A stretch of DNA of 64,000 nt, from assembly GCA_951406725.2 (NCBI GenBank), contig OX597815.1, forward strand, positions 112,530,001 to 112,594,000, in the 5' to 3' direction. This document shows, one piece after another, positions 14,154 to 26,264 of the stretch. The notes under the pieces are model-generated. The model saw nothing but the letters and a program-made list of their open reading frames with translations, made no database searches and was not told the origin of the DNA. Origin of the DNA: Octopus vulgaris. Lineage: Eukaryota. The translations under genes were made by a program, and so were the position numbers. Position 1 is the stretch's first letter. Every line of letters begins with the position of its first letter.

Positions 14154-14300
14154 TACGAGGTGATGCTGAAAAATTTCTGGCTTTAAGAATGTCATGAAAA
14201 GCTTGATTCGAGGCCCAAGCTACCAAGTTCTTTTACAGGGCTTAGAAAAACTGAAGTACCACTGCAATAAGTGTGTGAATCTGAGAGGGGGATACATTGA
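14154..14300 (+). mobile_element. Mariner-derived short fragment / MITE
   Basis: TA-CGAGGTGATGCTGAAAAATTTCTGGC resembles a mariner TIR; the end encodes KCVNLRGGYIE, typical of a mariner transposase C-terminus. Confidence 0.6.
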
Positions 14301-14639
14301 ACTAGCAGGACCCGCGAATATTTTACAGAATTAATGGTAAACCTATTGGGTTATTTCTGAGAACTTTATTTAAAAAAACCTGACATCGTAGCCTGTCTTG
14401 TCTCTGTATCAAAAGTTAGTCGCTCATCTGCTAATCATTACAAAGCGAAGGAAATTGGAATACGATGATTACTTCATGCACTTTATATATACACTTTATA
14501 TAATTTATGCACAATTTTATACACCTAATACATAGCACTCATAAAATAAATACGCACTACTATTTTTCCTATAAAAAATATCCCGTACATATAATACAAC
14601 TTTTAGTTAAATTGCATATATCTGCCACGTAAGTAAGTA

Positions 14640-15060
14640 TAGGACAGTTTTATAGTGTGACTGTTGAATATTTTGCTGTACACACCATTTTTAGGGAAGC
14701 AGCGAACAAGTGTGTCGAAAAATTATTTCGCGGTCTTGGATGAGATGCTCGAGTCCCAGATTTGGTTATACCATAGGACATCATGGTTTTTATATTTTCT
14801 GTTATGGTCGTTTGTTCGGGTGTTTGGACTGGCATTAGGATTTTGTGGCGTTGTGTTTAATTTGTTGTCTGTTACTAGTTTTCTGTATCTCATAGTTGGT
14901 TCTCATGTATCTAGGTTTGGTTTATCTTTTCTTATGGTTTCAGATTCTATTTTCTAGGTGTTTGACTTTATGTGTGTGGTTACATCTACGGATAACAACA
15001 GAGAGCCTAAACTGTAACTGTCCTCTACTCAACACTTAAACACACTAATCTAATTATATG
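14640..15060 (-). mobile_element. PLE fragment (RT-to-GIY-YIG linker)
   Basis: Minus strand: VLWYNQIWDSSISSKTAK*FFDTLVRCFPKNGVYSKIFNSHTIKLSY, matching the Penelope WFNPP...HFP...KIFNxNTxKLSY pattern. Confidence 0.75.
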
Positions 15061-15077
15061 TATTCGTTTAAATTTTC

Positions 15078-15112
<35 letters not shown>

Positions 15113-15175
15113 ACTGTGAGTCGGTTATCCCCCTATCAGTTCGTAGAATGTGCTTTTTGTGGCTATAAGGCCCTT

Positions 15176-15222
15176 TGACTTTTGTTTCCAGGAGGGTAGA
15201 TGACTCTCTGCACCCTCAGTCA
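15176..15222 (-). ncRNA. Degenerate hammerhead-like motif in a short (TA)n-flanked element (15111-15283)
   Basis: Minus strand: TGA-CTGAGGG-TG-CAGAGAGT(CATCT)ACCCTCCTG-GAAAC-AAAAGTCA; stem II and GAAAC present, core altered. Confidence 0.4.
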
Positions 15223-15278
15223 CTATTAGCGAAAATTGAATTTTTCTTTTTGGCTTTATGTCATGTAACCCCCTTCGT

Positions 15279-15378
<100 letters not shown>

Positions 15379-17949
15379 CTGTATGTGTCTCTGTGTGTGT
15401 GTGTGCATATGCACATATATCTATGTATGTGCATATGTGGTCTGATGATGAGATGACCGATGTTTCAGTCATTTTGATTGACTATAGAGTTACATCTCAA
15501 CATTGGTTGATGCAGCTAGAAATGCAAAAATATTTTATGAAAGCACAAATAATATAGCATTAGATGACTTTTTTGTTTAACCAATTTGTGTAACTTTATT
15601 TTCAGTATTGCTTACAATAATGTTGTAGAGGGTAATTAGCATCATATCAAATATATACGTTGATGTTCTTGATGGGGAGCATAATACAGATGTTCTGGAA
15701 TACATCGCCTTTGCTTTTATTGCTTTTACAGCAGTCATTGCCGTTGTACTAGTGTCTTTTCAAATGTCAATGGCATCAGTGGTGGTGGTGGTGACGGGGG
15801 TGGTAGTGATGGATGGAGTGCAGTCATGATTGTGAGGACATAACCAAACGCATTCCAATGCTGAATCTTAGCCAAGCGTCTACAAATTATATTTGTCATT
15901 TTATACTTACTAATCATTGTTCATGGAAATAATGTTGTTTCTTTATAGCTACGTATATTGTTTCTTTATACGTAGACATTCCAAGAATAATAGGAAAAGA
16001 AGAGAGAAAAATATATCTTAATAGGAAGTAGACGTTGCAAAAACATTGTTATGAATTCGCAATGAAGAAAATAAATCAGCTTGATGCATTATCTGTGTTT
16101 ATCTAATCAGCTTCTTCACAGAGCGATATTGTTGTTGTAGCTGGAGTGTTCGCTAGGTCAACTCTTGTTCTTGTGATCTGAAGTCATTCCAGTTATATCT
16201 ATCCTTTCTACTCTTTCTTTCATTGTTAGAACAATATTATTATAAATATCCTACTTTCTTTTAATTCTTACGATATAAATTAGTAGAAACTAAGCTGCTA
16301 TTTCTGAAGATCAAGTGACAAGGAATAGGTTCATTCGACAAATGTACACTTTACATGCTACGTACTCTATGCTGATAAATGCGAATTTCTGTGCTTGCGT
16401 CCGCAAAACTTTCTGGTTTATAGACTAGAAAAATAACGCCCACGAAAGCAGGAATGCAGACCGTTTCAACACAATAACTAACGTATTCATACAAGTATCT
16501 ATACTAATAAATGCGTCTTTTTGTGCTCTTATTCGTATGGCGCCTTAGCATACCGATTCCTTTGCTACTCTGATCCACCTACCTGCAGTACAAGATCGGA
16601 CCACCTTATTGCACCTTTAGTTTTTATGGTCAGCAAAATTCAAAGTAAGAACTACAATTATGAAAGTAGGACTACAGAGGACAAGTAGGGTATTGGTTGA
16701 AGAATTTTAATTTATGAATTTAGAAATTAAATGTAAACAGTGAGATAAATTAACATTTCTTTTTATCTTCATCAAATTCTATATAAATGCTTCATCAGTA
16801 AAGCTGCCTTCATTTGTCTTTTTGAATAAGATACTCTGCTGTGCCAATTTTGTTACTGATCATATTCTTACTCTCTGAAAGAAACCTTGAAGAATGAAGC
16901 GATAGAAAGTTACTTCATACTAAGTTCATTCTCTCGAACCAAATTAATTTTTCATTCAGTTTGTAAAAATTGGACTAAAATTCGTAAGTGGTATAAGTAT
17001 CCATTTTCATTGAACACCGTTAGAAAGATTATGCATATCAATATCAAGTTACAAAATGGCAAAACAAGATAAAAAGTGAAAATAAAAGATATGTGGAAAG
17101 ATATAAAATACTAGAATAGCGAAAACGTGCAGATGCCAGCAAGAAGGTGAAGTCTACACTAAGTCACCATTACGACGACTTCAGAAATTAGGTGAAAGTT
17201 CTGACTTGGTAAATTTTCGCATAATAAATTTTGTTTATGTAAATAAAGCATCAGTTTTGTTACGTTGTATGTTCTTTTATAATAGAATAGGTTCTTCAAT
17301 TTTATAATCTTACTTAGGCCGGCGTTTAGATTTTTACTGGCAAATTATAAATTTATGAAAAGAAAAAGACTGTTAAAGTGAAAATAATAATGGCTATAAC
17401 AGTAACGATAGCCTGTGATATGATTATCGTAATGCTATGACTAAAGGAGTAATGATGTGTTTGACTGGAGATTAAGTCGCTCGTATAAATAATGTGAGGC
17501 GCATCAGTTTCTCTGGACATGACTCTAAGCAATTGCAGATACTGTTACTAAGTGTCCATGAAACTATTAAAGGCAGTAAGAAGTAGAGCAAAACGTCAAA
17601 AGATAAGTTGAACAATGATTGTCTATTGTCTTAACCATTTTATCATGTTTTTCTCAGCATAGTCCTTCGTGATCCTAGCACTCGTAATTCGCCCAAATAA
17701 TGTTATCGAAAATGTTGTTAAAATCTATCGCTTTGTTGTGCTGTTACTGTTCTTGCGTGTTGTTGTTGGTGGTGGTGGTGTTGGTGGTGGTGGAGGTGGT
17801 GATTATGATGATGAGCTTCTTTTGGGTGTTCAGGTTCAGGGGAACCTTATGATCACCACATTTATTTGTATATCAAATGTGATCATTCTGTTTATTTGTA
17901 CATCAGAGATTACAATTACAGTTCTATATTTAAGAGATGAAGAATTATG

Positions 17950-18548
17950 TACATTATTTACATTATATACATTATTTATATTTGACGGATATTTCTCCTC
18001 ATCTTGTTTGTTGTTAACACAACGTTTCGGTTGATATACCCTCCAGACTTCATCTGGTGTCTTGGGGAAATTTCAAACCTGAGTTCTTATTCCTAAGGTA
18101 TTTTTCGATGTCATTATTATTATTATTATTATTATTATGTTTTTTCCTTCTTTCTTCAAATTTTCTTCCGTTTCTCGCCGAGTGTTTTCCATACACCTAG
18201 GGCAGAGAAGAGCATTGTATGCATTCCCAGATTACACGCGCAAATTCACAGATAAAATATGTATTTAAAAATTAATAAATAAATAAATTCATGGATGGAT
18301 GTTATTTTCACAACGATAGTGCTCTTCTCAGTCAGTACATGAGCCGTTCCAGTTAATACGATTTTTTGCACTTCCTGTAGGGATGGTAAGCCTGGAATCA
18401 TTTTCAAATAGGTTTCAGTACCTTTTTTTATCATTCCTAGATATCCTACAATCACTGGTACTGTAGTCGTCTTGAGATGCCACATTTTTTCAATTTCCAT
18501 TAGCAGGTCTTTATATTTACTAATCTTGTCAAATTCTTTCGCCTTATA

Positions 18549-18606
<58 letters not shown>

Positions 18607-18704
18607 TTATTATTATTACTATTATTATTAAGGGCACTGCCTGGAATCGAATTTGGATTCTTAGGGTTAGTAACTCGCGTCTTTAACCACTACGCCATAT
18701 GCCC
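17950..18704 (-). mobile_element. tRNA-headed SINE-like unit with HHR-like tail (family D), left arm, interrupted by an R4/Dong-like insert
   Basis: Head GGGCATATGGCGTAGTGGTTAAAG...AATTCGATTCC at 18704-18630, then (TAA)n. Tail 18115-17950 is an inverted copy of 18850-18996, with ACAC-CAGATGA-AGTCTG...CAACC-GAAACGTT-GTGT at 18017-18060. Confidence 0.8.
18139..18546 (-). mobile_element. 5'-truncated R4/Dong-like RLE non-LTR retrotransposon inside (TAA)n
   Basis: KEFDKISKYKDLLMEIEKMWHLKTTTVPVIVGYLGMIKKG...LQEVQKIVLTGTAHVL is the C-terminal restriction-like endonuclease region of the R4 clade; a 3' UTR follows; (TTA)n flanks both sides. Confidence 0.8.
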
Positions 18705-18706
18705 GT

Positions 18707-18803
18707 GGCCATATGGCGTAGTGGTTAAAGTTGCAAGCTACTAACTCCAAGATTCCGAGTTCGATTCCAGTCAGTGACCTTATTAATAATAGTAATAATA
18801 ATG

Positions 18804-18840
<37 letters not shown>

Positions 18841-18996
18841 CAACAACAACAACATCGAAAAAATACCTTACGAATGAGAACTCAGGTAGGAAATTTCCCC
18901 AAGACATCAGATGAAGGCTGGAGGGTATATCAGCCGAAACGTTGTGTTAAAAACAAACAAGAAGAGGACTAATATCCATCAACTATAAATAATGTA
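18707..18996 (+). mobile_element. tRNA-headed SINE-like unit with HHR-like tail (family D), right arm
   Basis: A box TGGCGTAGTGG, B box GAGTTCGATTCC, (TAA)n(CAA)n spacer, then ACAT-CAGATGA-A-GGCTG(GAGGGTATAT)CAGCC-GAAACGTT-GTGT at 18904-18947. Confidence 0.8.
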
Positions 18997-19389
18997 GAAA
19001 TTACAATGTCACACATGTCCTTAGAGTATAATGCCAAATCAAGCATATAGTTGTTATTTCCGGTCAAATGACTCTGTAAACGATTTCTCGTTGGCTTATC
19101 AGAGCATTTTATACATAAATGCCTGTTTATTTATTAAACAATTATAATGTAACCAACAATCAGATAAGGAGTTTATATGAGGTTGCTCGCCATCCTCTAA
19201 TCAACAGACAGACTTGTCTCATGGCACACTTAATTCTCTTAACATATCAAATGGCGTATTTTATGATATAGTTATAAATAACAGAACTTGAAATAAAGAT
19301 GAAACTATTGCCTTTTGAAGGCCTTTTTTCTTAGTTCTGCTCGCTAAGCTCACCTGGTTTCAAAAGTTGATATTAATTATTTAAGCCCA

Positions 19390-19562
19390 TGTCCGTTTTT
19401 ACGTTCTAAGTTCCAAATCCCCCAAGGACTGTCATTGTTTTCCATCCTTTCCGGGTGGATAAATATATATTACTTGAATATATTAGTTGAATACCGAAAG
19501 TATGTTATCGAATAGCCTCCTCCCACAAAACTTCAGACCTTGTATGTATAGTAGAAAGTATT
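19390..19562 (+). mobile_element. Degenerate SINE family A fragment
   Basis: TTACGTTCTAAGTTCCAAATCC ... TTCCATCCTTTCCGGGTGGATAAA resembles the family A B box and central domain. Confidence 0.5.
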
Positions 19563-19763
19563 ACATGATTATGCCCATATCCAGTGCTGCTTTACATCAA
19601 AGAATACAATTCAATTTTCAGCAATTCGAGACTTAACCATTATTGATTATACGCTTGAGTTTATATTTTTCAAATCTAATGATTGTATATATATTCGCCA
19701 TGCTTGATCGATAAATCTACAAGTTTTTTTTTTTCATTCTCTCTCTGTTTATTTTTCTTATTC

Positions 19764-19799
19764 CTTTCTGTTGAAGAGCGTAGGCTCGAAACGTAAAAG
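19764..19799 (+). ncRNA. Minimal hammerhead-like motif in a ~200-bp PLE terminal-repeat-like element (~19690-19890)
   Basis: CTTT-CTGTTGA-A-GAGC(GTAG)GCTC-GAAACGTA-AAAG: stems I and II pair; core has U instead of A at position 6. Confidence 0.6.
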
Positions 19800-19886
19800 C
19801 CTTTTTTTATTGTCTCGAACACCAAACTAATACACCTCTTGTTGTTCATACATCTGTCTTCGTCTTTTGTTTTCTATACATTTCAA

Positions 19887-19922
<36 letters not shown>

Positions 19923-19936
19923 CTATATATATATCC

Positions 19937-20159
19937 GTTTATTGGTTTCAGTTATTTGACTGCGATCATGCTGGAGCATCGCCTTTAGTCGTACAAATCG
20001 ACCGCAGGACTTTTTTTTGTAAGCCTAGTACTCATTCAGTCGGTCTCTTATGCCGAACTGCTAAGTTACAAGGACGTAAACACAACAACGTTGGTTGTCA
20101 TGCGGTGGGAGAGATAAACACAGACACAAACACGCACACACACACACACACACACATTG

Positions 20160-20193
<34 letters not shown>

Positions 20194-20352
20194 TTATATA
20201 TATGTATGTATATATATATATACATATACGATGGGTTCATTTCAGTTTCCGACTATCAAATACACTCACAAGGATTTAGTCGGCACGAGGTTATAGTGGA
20301 AGATACATCCCAGGTGCCTCGAGGTGGGGCTGAACCAAGAAGCATGTGGTTT
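19937..20352 (-). mobile_element. SINE family C (CORE-like), head truncated
   Basis: Reverse complement aligns along its length with 22536-22935, including the internal (CA)/(TA) tract. Confidence 0.8.
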
Positions 20353-20353
20353 G

Positions 20354-20391
<38 letters not shown>

Positions 20392-20394
20392 TAC

Positions 20395-21200
20395 TGATAT
20401 AGGGTAAAGAATTATTAATTTAATAATTTATAAATAAATTTTACCAAGCAGTTTCGGTATGGAAAAAAACATTATCGGTAAAATCTTATACAAAAAGTTT
20501 TTTTTATATAATTATAAATATAACTTAGGGTTTAGCAACAAGTTGCTTCACCACATACCGACAATTTAGAAATAGCAGCCAAAGACAGCTAATTCTTTTA
20601 AGTACACAATATAAGTCCACAAACAACAGTATTTGAAGTTCACATACGCAAAAAGAAGAAAAAAATAACGAAATCAATCAGTCTACGATTAATTATGGAC
20701 GCGTTTCTGGATTAGAATTATAAAAATTCATTTTCTTCATCGGCATAATATTTCGAGTATAATAAATTTTAAAATGCTAGAAACCTACCCTTTGCATCTT
20801 CGTCCAAGCGCCATCGAAACATGTATATACACATGTATGTATGATACAAAGAAGTGGCCCGTAACCAATCAGATCGATATATTTGGCTGTGTAACGCATT
20901 ACACCTCTTTCCGTGGCACTAACTTGCACCACAGTTCTTGAACTAGTTACACTTACAGAATATTCTCTCTTAAACATCTGGTTAATTCAAATTTCATAAA
21001 TACAACACCTTTAATACTTTCAGTAGTAATTATGTACGGTGCCTGTTAACAATATTCGAGAATGATCAAGCCTACGTCGAGTGATTCCACTTCCTCGTTA
21101 GAGATTATACGAATGACAATATATGGTTCTAACATACAACATTCCTCATCGTTCAACAAATATCTGGAAAACACAAGAGGGATTAAATCATTAAAGGGAT
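20395..21200 (-). mobile_element. PLE-like 3' end (family E) with HHR-like motif at 20692-20749
   Basis: 20395-20750 is homologous to 49235-49590. Minus strand: TTATG-CCGATGA-(long stem II)-GAAACGCGTC-CATAA. Confidence 0.6.
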
Positions 21201-21230
21201 CTAGCAATTTGAACTTCCGGTTCAGGTATA

Positions 21231-21630
21231 TTATTTTCTACTCTTGGCAAAAAGGCCCGAAATTTGGAAGGGAGGGGGCTAGTCGATTAGATTGAACCTA
21301 TTACGCAACTAGTACTTAAGTTATCGGCCCCGAAAGTATGAAAGGCAAAGTCGAGTTCGGCAGAATTTGAACTCAGAACATAAAGAGAGACGAAATACCT
21401 ATTTCTTTACTACCCACAAGGGGCTAAACACAGAGAGGATAAAGAGGGACAGACAAACGGATTAAGTCAATTACATCGACCCCAGTGCGTAACTGGTACT
21501 TAATTTATCGACCACGAAATGATGAAAGGCAAAGTCGACCTCGGCAGAATTTGAACTCGGAACGTAACTGCAGACGAAATACCGCTAAGCATTTCTCCCG
21601 GCATGCAAACGATTCTGCCAGCCCGCCGCC
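21231..21630 (-). mobile_element. Dimeric tRNA-derived SINE family A with target-site duplication
   Basis: Head GGCGGCGGGCTGGCAGAATCG, B box GAGTTCAAATTC, central GCCTTTCAT...GTCGATAAA domain present twice. TSD TTCCGGTTCAGGTATA (21215-21230) / TTCTGGTTCAGATATA (21632-21647). Confidence 0.88.
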
Positions 21631-22535
21631 TTTCTGGTTCAGATATACCTATATATGCTATACCTCAGGGAAGTTTGTCGGTTAAAATTATACCTTCCAT
21701 GTTTTAGTATGCTGTAAGTTGGAGTTGAATAAAGAGGTGGATCGCTGCCTATTCTTTCTCAATATAACAAATATACAAATGGACAAATACATGGCCTATG
21801 GATGACAATATTAATATTGTGGATACTTAAAACTGACGCTGCATAGCTGTTGCGGCAGTAATATCTTATTTTTTGATTAGTAATCAAAAAGATCTTGCGG
21901 AGCTATTTTCAATTATAGAATATTTTCACTTAGACATGCTGTTAATGAGAATTTCATAAACACTCCCAATTCTTTAAGCAGTAATCAGACATGGGGCCTG
22001 TTGACAATTTGCCAGAACGAGCTAACCTATTTTGAGCGTTTTCGCTTTCACACTGAAGATTATACCAATGACAAGATACGGAATGAAATCGATTTGTCTT
22101 CTGCTAGTCTACTTCTATCAAATCAGCATCTTGCAGAGTTTCGTAGCGATCCTTATTTAAATATATCGATTAATAAAAAAAAAAGAAATATGTTAAAATA
22201 ATTCAAACAATTCATACAAAACACAAGCAATAAGGGGGTGATTGACTGCTATGTGAACGGAAAATGCAAAAACCAGGTGTTTGAGAATATGTCAGTATAA
22301 TATTTTTATTTTGAGTGATTAGTTGCATTTAAAGTGCTTCAAAAAATTCATTAAAGCATTAGTGACAGTTTGAAGAACAGAAGCTAATAATAGCTGAGGC
22401 ATTAATGCAGAAACACAAACACACACGTGTCCACACACGCATACGTGATTCTGTTATACATGTGTGTGTGTGTGAGTGTGTGAGTGTGTGAGTGTGAGTG
22501 TGTGAATGTGTGTGAGTGTGTGCGTGTGTGTGTAT

Positions 22536-22935
22536 GCGCAGGCGTGGCTGTGTGGTAACAAGCTTGCTTCCAAACCACATGGTTCCGGGATCAGTCCCAC
22601 TGTATGGCCCTTTTGACAAGTGTCTTCTACTGTAGCGTCGAGCCGACCAAAGCCTTTTGAGTGGATTTCATAGACGGAAACGGAAAGAAGACTGTCGTAT
22701 ATATTGATGTGTGTGTGTGATTTTGTCTCTGTGTTTGTCCTTCCACCGTCGCTTGACAACCGATGTTGGCGTGATTATGTTCCCGTAAACTATCGGTTCG
22801 GTAAAAGATACCGATAGTATAAGTACTAGGCTTACATGGAATAAATCCTGGAGTCAATTTCTTCATCTACATGCTTTTAAGGCGGTCCTCCAAAGTGGCC
22901 ACAGTCAAATTACTGAAACGTGTAAAAGAAAAAAG
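22536..22935 (+). mobile_element. Full-length tRNA-derived SINE family C (CORE-like)
   Basis: A box TGGCTGTGTGG, B-box-like GGATCAGTCCC, CORE-like CCTTTTGACAAGTGTCTTCTAC, A-rich tail; several other copies in the window. Confidence 0.85.
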
Positions 22936-23384
22936 AACATATATGTGTGTGTGTGTGTGTATGCGTGTGTGTGCGTGTGTGTGTGTCTGTGAATGTGTGT
23001 GTGTGTGTATGTATAAAATATGAGGGCTAAGTTCACTGATGATCTAAACCAATAGGTACGCTGTGCAAGTACTATAATTGATCTTCCGTTAGGTTCCAAT
23101 TCACAGCTGAGAAATGCATAGAAGGTTCCCGCGTCAGCACATGTATATTAAATGAAAATGGACAAGAAAACCAAAATGTATAGGCATGCACGCATGCATA
23201 CGCATGTTAACATATGCATACACACATACATGCACACACACATGCATACATACAGACATACATACATACATACATACATTCATACATACACACATACAAA
23301 CATACATACATACATGCATCCATACATATATACATACATACATACACACATACATACATACACATACATACGTACATGTATGCC

Positions 23385-23590
23385 ATAAACTAAGTGTTAC
23401 TTTCTCGGATGCAGCACGGAATTTTGTCAGGGAACAGGTCGCTGTCTCAAAGCGACAAAAATATTTTAGCGAATCAAATTTAAATTTTGAAGTGAATCTA
23501 ACGGTTTTTGTGTGTTTCTTAAATGGCTTATAAACACCTTCCACGCTGTAATAGTTTTCGTTCCAGTACAAGATCTCCATCAGCTCACTT

Positions 23591-23592
<2 letters not shown>
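23385..23592. repeat. Short microsatellite-flanked element with partial HHR-like motifs
   Basis: Plus hairpin GTCGC...GCGAC; minus CTGATGGAGATC...GAACGAAAAC near 23550-23585. Degenerate. Confidence 0.35.
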
Positions 23593-23625
<33 letters not shown>

Positions 23626-23984
23626 CAAATGGAGGGTCCATCTCGCTTGAATGATTCCCCACCTAAGCATCATTCGATCGTTATTGTATAAATGGTCTTG
23701 AGTGAAGAGTAAAAACTCCATACAGTGTCATTTAGACATTTCTACGTGACTATTTTCGATAGGAAAGTATGGAAATATGCTCATTTTAACAATGTCGTTG
23801 TTCCAAAAACCGATGCAAAAGTATAGATGCATAAATTGGGACTCTCTATGTGACTGGATTTATGATGGGAATCGAAACGTGGACTATCCCTTTAAAAAAC
23901 AGCAAATTATTGTACGAGCTCTCATGTATCAATACAGAAACTGAAAATATAACCTTGAGTATCCATCTATACCTTTAATAACTA

Positions 23985-24194
23985 TTTTAACTTTTGGCAC
24001 AGGCAAGAAAGTCCATGGGGAGGATCTAAGTCGAACAGATCGACCTCAACGCTTAACTGGTACTTATTTTGTAGAGACCGAAAGGATGAAAGACAAAGTC
24101 GACCACGAAGGGAATTCGTATTCTGAACATAATAACGGCGAAATGCCACTAAGCATTTTGCCCGGCGTGCTAACGATTCGGCCAGATCGCCGCC
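23985..24194 (-). mobile_element. SINE family A monomer
   Basis: Reverse complement begins GGCGGCGATCTGGCCGAATCGTTAGCACGCCGGGC and carries the shared central domain. Confidence 0.85.
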
Positions 24195-25447
24195 TAGCTT
24201 ATAATTATAATGATATAGTGGCATGAGGCATGCTGATATAGACATCATTTGAAATTTTGATTGCTTTGACTTGGCTTTAAGAGGATGTAAAATTGCAGTT
24301 TATGCCTTAACATCTTACAAATAAAATTATTAAAATTATTAACATAATCGAGTGGCTGCCGGATTACGCAAAAAGACTTATGGAAACCTGCAATTCAGTG
24401 AGATGTTACAGAGGCGTATCTATTGAGATTATTATCAGCTGATTTCTGTTTGGCAAGTATGTGTTTGATTCCACATGTCAGCGATACGATGCGTCTATGA
24501 ATAGTCTTATATTCCATTTTTTCATGTACATTTGTGAGAAAATACAAATAAGATTGTTTCATTGATTAATGAGTTATGGAAAACTTTACTAATAATTTTA
24601 GTAGAATTGATTTGTACATTGGCCTCGAGTAAATAGAATATTTTCTATTCCATAGCATTTCCTGTGATTGCAATAAATTCCTAATCAATTGTGGGAGATA
24701 TTTTTCAGTGAGTGAAAGATTTCAAAAGAAACTAATAGATTTATCACACTGTAAAGGACACTGAAGCTTTTAGTTAATGAAAAATCAGTTTCAAGTGTAG
24801 TGGAACCTTCAGTAAGATAGGTGAGAAAAGAGTATTCTTTTTTTAATGCCAACGGTGTCTAGTAGTTATTTTTGTAATGATAATGGATTTAGTGGTATTT
24901 GGTTTATTCTGAGACAGTAAAAGACTATACCAAGGAATTGTATTTTCTTTACAGTTCTAGGACTTTGATAATCAACGAAGAGTTTCGACCTTATCCAAGT
25001 CGGTTTGCAGCGGATTATTTGCTATTTTGTGTCCTTAGTAACAGAAGGTCAGTACTCAAGATAATTGTTATTAATCAACGGAGGTTTTCAGTTCCTTCCG
25101 GAACAGATTGTAGAAAATTATTTTCTACTTTGTATCCAAGATAACAAATAAATATTTGACGACGAAGATATTTGTTGTTGACTCTGAGATGAATTACTTT
25201 GTAGTTGAAATGAATTTAAGCATCTTAACGTATTGCTCCCCCAAAATTTTACTCATGTCAATGTTTAAATGTCATTACCAGTAATTATACAAATTATTGG
25301 GTAGCCGAAAAGTCCGTTCGTTTTTTTTTTTTTAGAAACTGTATTCGGTATAACGACCAAAAAAAAAAAAACGAACGGACGAGAGATTGCAACTTGTTTG
25401 ATTGCATTTGAGCCTAGACATGGAAGACCGGGCGGAGCACTATCAGC

Positions 25448-26132
25448 ACAGTGTACATTTAAACACAAGAGGAATCCACTCGTGGAATTCAATACGCTAG
25501 AAAGAACAGCTAGGTTCTATAACCACTGTATGTTATGACTAATACATAGTCTTTGGATTAAATTTTTACACGTTAGACCACTGGAAATGAAAATTTTAAT
25601 TAATTTCCATTTCCCTTTGGTATGATTAAGTATTGTAAGTTTTTGGATAATTTTCGATTTTTAAAAGTTGGCATTTTTTTATTGCTGGCGAAGGGCTGTG
25701 GCTGCGCAGTAGATTTTGAAAAGATTAGGATGTATAAACAACAGGCACATAATTTGATCGCATCGTGTGGCTGCCGGATTACGCAAAAAATTTGATACAT
25801 GCAGACGTTTAACCCTAGGTGTTCCTACTGAAGACGATTTCACCTAGCGAGTATATGTTATTCATTTATTTGCTAAACTAAAATCAGAAACCAATTGGTC
25901 CAGGAAACTGGATGGTAAAATGTTTTTATTTTTTCATTATGTTCCTGTCGAATTTTATAGCTAAATTTGTGGTTAGAGAACCTGGCTCTTCTTTCTAGCG
26001 TGTTGAATCGCACGAGTGGATTCCACATGTATTTAAATGTACACTGTATTTTATGACTAACACATGGTCTTTGGACTAATTTTTACACGTTGGGCCACTG
26101 GAAATGTAGATTTTAATTAATTTCCATTTTCC
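25448..26132. repeat. Two copies of a ~165-bp repeat whose first ~80 bp are in opposite orientation
   Basis: 25448-25528 is the reverse complement of ~25968-26047; 25524-25615 is a direct copy of 26042-26132. Confidence 0.85.
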
Positions 26133-26229
26133 TTAATCTAAACATGAACAAAGAGAAAACACAACAACGCGAGGACGTGGAATACGTATAGTGTTATTGG
26201 ACGCGCAGGAAAGGACCAGAAGAAGGAGG

Positions 26230-26264
26230 ATTTAAAGTTTCGAGCGGAGCTCTTCGTCAGAAAC
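26230..26264 (-). ncRNA. Minimal hammerhead ribozyme-like motif in a ~200-bp PLE terminal-repeat-like element (26136-26340)
   Basis: Minus strand: GTTT-CTGACGA-A-GAGC(TCC)GCTC-GAAAC-TTT-AAAT; canonical CUGANGA and GAAA core. Confidence 0.7.

Noticed and set aside
14301-14330. ACTAGCAGGACCCGCG as a Helitron 3' end
   Set aside because: CTAG present but the hairpin is incomplete and there is no coding support.
17669-18034. 121-aa hydrophobic ORF
   Set aside because: Built from GTT/GGT/GAT trinucleotide tracts and the antisense SINE tail.
18630-18780. Two divergent tRNA genes
   Set aside because: A and B boxes are present, but there is no proper acceptor stem and both continue into the same repeat tail; they are SINE heads.
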